A DNA stretch of 64,000 bases, taken from contig CAWBQK010000013.1 in assembly GCA_963791045.1 (NCBI GenBank), forward strand, positions 128,001 through 192,000. Direction: 5' to 3'. Of this stretch, positions 61,373 to 64,000 are shown piece after piece. Source of the DNA: Candidatus Latescibacterota bacterium (GTDB taxonomy: Bacteria > Krumholzibacteriota > Krumholzibacteriia > WVZY01). A model generated the notes under the pieces. It saw nothing but the letters and a program-made list of their open reading frames with translations, was not told the DNA's origin and ran no database searches. Position numbers and translations under genes: made by a program. Within the stretch, counting starts at the first letter, position 1. Every line of letters begins with the position of its first letter.

Positions 61373-64000
61373 ATGAGGAAATCATTAGTGGTCGCGCTGT
61401 GCATCCTCATCGCCATGTCCAGTTTGGCCATGGCGAAGAAGATGCCGAACAAGCGGGCGGACATGAAGTTCAGGGAGTCAATCCCAATGCCGGCGAATCC
61501 GCCTGAAATTGGCGGTTCCTTGTTCCAGGCAGCCGCGGCAAATACCACGGTTCTCGGATGGTGGCAGTTTGATACGCCCACCGGCCAACCAGACGTACAG
61601 GGTTGGACGGTCGTCGACAAAACTTCCCAGGAAACCGAGTACTTTCACGTCGACGGCGGCATTGGGGGTGGTCCCAACTGTAGCGGGATCACACCAATCA
61701 ACGGATTGAAGTCGATGTGGTGCGGCCAGTACCCGACACTGGCAGCTCCCTGGTGCGGTTGGGGCACGCTGCCCGGCTACGGCAACAACTGGGATCAAAG
61801 TCTCGTTTCCGAGGTCATAAATTGTGACACGCTCACGTGGTCGTGGGTGGCCGTGTGGGATTCGGAGCCCGGCTTTGACTTCACGTACGCCGAATACTAC
61901 GACAACACCACGATGTCGTGGGTAGAATTGAACGTCAATGCCGGAGCGGGTTATTACGACGGATCCGGCGGACCGCTCGGCGAAACCTTCCAGGTACTCA
62001 CGACCGGCGGGTCCACGCAGCTTCGATTCCATCACGTTTCCGACGGCGGCTGGTCCGATGAAGACAGCGGCTGGCCGACAAACGAAGGCGCGTTCAAGGT
62101 CGATGACATTGGCGTAATGGCGACAGGTTTTTCGAACGGCCCCCAGACGTTCGAAACCGAGGCATGTTTGTCCAAAACCTCGGGCGACGGTTTCTGGTCG
62201 GCGCAAGCGGCACCCGACTTCGGAGCTTTTGGCGACCTGTACTCGGCGGCGGCGATTGTACAGGAAGACCCCTGTCTGCGCCCCTTGTCGAACATGTGGG
62301 GATTCTTCGACGATCCCCTGGTAACCAACTACGCGTGCGGCGGGTGGCCGCTTCAGGGCGCCATGCCCTACGGTCCCGATGATAGCGGGTTTTACATGTG
62401 GAACGAGATCTGGTCACCATGGGTGCCGAACACCGGCTCCGGCAGTGACTACCAGATTCAGTTCCTCACCTATCGGGATCTCCCTCTGGACAACCTTCAG
62501 TTCTACATCTGGGAAGTCCGAGGTAAAGGCGCCGACGGTTGTCCGACGCCCTGGGCTACCGATTTCTGGGTCTTCTACGGCGACCAGAAGGACTGGTTCC
62601 CGGAGCTGTTCCAGATCGGCGCGTTCATCCCGCCCGGATCGGTCGAACTCCAGATCGCGATCGGCGCGGTCGACCAGTGCGGCGCGTGGTGTGGCGTGTA
62701 CGGCTCTGGCGCCTGTCACAGTCACGCCCCGATACTCGACCAGATGTACTTCTACAAGGTCGACTTCGTGGGGCCGCAATGGGACGTTCGTGATATCGAC
62801 ACGTTCCAGGACAACTTCCCCGAGAATGGAGAGATTGTCGGGTATGCACGCTGCGACATGCCGCAGGATATATTGCCCGGCACCAACGGGTCGATCCTGC
62901 CAGGCGACTCGTTGCTCGTCCAGGTTGTCGATCCAAACGGAATCGGCACCGACCCGACCGTGGGTGGTCCATCGGTCTACCTGTTCGTAAATGTCACCGA
63001 CAGGCACGGAACTCCGATTGCCGGAAAAAGCGGTCTTGCGATCCAGTCACCGGACAACGTCAGGTACGTCGGCGACCCCAACGCGGGGACGCTGCGATAT
63101 CCGTTTGTCGGGCCCGCATCGGCACCGGCCGGCCTGCCCGCTGGATGGTCGCAGTACAGGATGGATGACGCGTACACCTCGGCAGGTGGCGCGCAGCCGG
63201 ACGCGTACTGCTGCGATCTCATGGATATCGCCAACGGTACTCACGTGAACGAGAACGCGGTGGCCAACGTCGGTGTCTTCGAGCCCGGAGATGTCATCAA
63301 CTACTTCCTCGGGGCGAAGAACTCGTTGGGCCAGTGGAGCTACTTCCACAGAACGTTCGGCGGTCAGGGCAGACAACACACAACGGCCGATATCAATGAG
63401 GCCGTGCAAGGCGCGATGGAGTGGTCTGTTCTCCCCGATGTTGGACGTGAGCCCGGTGACATTGGCGACATCCTCTTTGTGGATGACGCCGACGACCGCG
63501 GCGGGCCCGCTCAGCTTTACTTTGACTGGGCGTTCCAGTACATGGGAATTGAAGATCGCGTCGACCGTTACGATGTGATCGGACCATCCTCGGGCGTGGG
63601 CAACGGCCTCGCCTCGCGTGTTAAGAATGTGTTTACGCAGATCATCGGCGATCCGGTTGAGATCTATCAGAAGATTCTCTGGAACTCGAGCAATCTTTCG
63701 ACAGCTCTGATCGGGGACGGCGGCTCCGCCAACGGAGGAAGCGGATCCGAGAAAACGGATTCCTATAGTCTGCTCTTCACATTCTTGAATCACCACCCGG
63801 ACAACCCGGGCGTCTACACCGCCGGCGACGACATCGCCCAGGAGTGGGTTACGCTGACCGGCGCCGGCGCGGTAAACGTGAAGTCGACGTTCTTGACACA
63901 CTCATTGATAAGCGGCAACCACACGACGACGGGCGAACCGGTGTCACCTCTGACAACCCAGTCTGCGGGTTCGCCGATCGGCCCGGCATCGATGTACGCA
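61373..64000 (+). CDS. Paralog 2 of the secreted protein, >876 aa, truncated by the window end; absent from the ORF track
   Basis: GGAGG SD; manual translation MRKSLVVALCILIAMSSLAMA..LGWWQFDT..KSMWCG..VSDGGWSDED..CHSHAP..DDADDRGGPAQLYFDWAF..PIGPASMYA; spot checks stay in one frame and collinear with paralog 1. Confidence 0.88.
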   Translation, partial: MRKSLVVALCILIAMSSLAMAKKMPNKRADMKFRESIPMPANPPEIGGSLFQAAAANTTVLGWWQFDTPTGQPDVQGWTVVDKTSQETEYFHVDGGIGGGPNCSGITPINGLKSMWCGQYPTLAAPWCGWGTLPGYGNNWDQSLVSEVINCDTLTWSWVAVWDSEPGFDFTYAEYYDNTTMSWVELNVNAGAGYYDGSGGPLGETFQVLTTGGSTQLRFHHVSDGGWSDEDSGWPTNEGAFKVDDIGVMATGFSNGPQTFETEACLSKTSGDGFWSAQAAPDFGAFGDLYSAAAIVQEDPCLRPLSNMWGFFDDPLVTNYACGGWPLQGAMPYGPDDSGFYMWNEIWSPWVPNTGSGSDYQIQFLTYRDLPLDNLQFYIWEVRGKGADGCPTPWATDFWVFYGDQKDWFPELFQIGAFIPPGSVELQIAIGAVDQCGAWCGVYGSGACHSHAPILDQMYFYKVDFVGPQWDVRDIDTFQDNFPENGEIVGYARCDMPQDILPGTNGSILPGDSLLVQVVDPNGIGTDPTVGGPSVYLFVNVTDRHGTPIAGKSGLAIQSPDNVRYVGDPNAGTLRYPFVGPASAPAGLPAGWSQYRMDDAYTSAGGAQPDAYCCDLMDIANGTHVNENAVANVGVFEPGDVINYFLGAKNSLGQWSYFHRTFGGQGRQHTTADINEAVQGAMEWSVLPDVGREPGDIGDILFVDDADDRGGPAQLYFDWAFQYMGIEDRVDRYDVIGPSSGVGNGLASRVKNVFTQIIGDPVEIYQKILWNSSNLSTALIGDGGSANGGSGSEKTDSYSLLFTFLNHHPDNPGVYTAGDDIAQEWVTLTGAGAVNVKSTFLTHSLISGNHTTTGEPVSPLTTQSAGSPIGPASMYA

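Noticed and set aside
57552-64000. Diversity-generating retroelement or recent duplication between the paralogs
   Set aside because: Differences are spread throughout and not adenine-specific, and no reverse transcriptase is in the window

Overview
A 64-kb, moderately GC-rich bacterial chromosomal segment. FlgD/T9SS-like C-terminal sorting domains and a Bat operon suggest an FCB-superphylum organism such as Krumholzibacteria/Latescibacteria (inference only). Contents in order: (1) moxR-DUF58-bat operon; (2) membrane protein plus HAD phosphatase; (3) glpX-like, rarA and two UvrD/PD-(D/E)XK helicase-nuclease genes (AdnAB/AddAB-like, heavily frameshifted); (4) TPR proteins, a site-2 protease and a secreted GH32-like enzyme; (5) methyltransferase, OM beta-barrel, GT-C+TPR, pyrE, GNAT and polysaccharide deacetylase; (6) a frameshifted M16 peptidase pair; (7) a proline-dehydrogenase/sarcosine-oxidase-like flavoenzyme cluster; (8) mscS; (9) an arsM-arsS arsenosugar cluster extended with four glycosyltransferases, a UbiE-like methyltransferase and a single-Cys ArsC; (10) prolyl oligopeptidase; (11) a TPP riboswitch with thiO-S-G-E-E-D; (12) fpr and fadD; (13) two tandem paralogous Cys/Trp-rich secreted proteins (the first 1078 aa; the second runs off the window and is missing from the ORF track) separated by a ~430-nt structured leader. 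No rRNA, tRNA, CRISPR array or transposase was seen. Dense indel clusters at 10-16 kb and 32-35 kb, plus single indels elsewhere, look like sequencing or assembly errors. Best leads: the extended arsenosugar/arseno-glycolipid cluster and the tandem secreted-protein family with its leader RNA.
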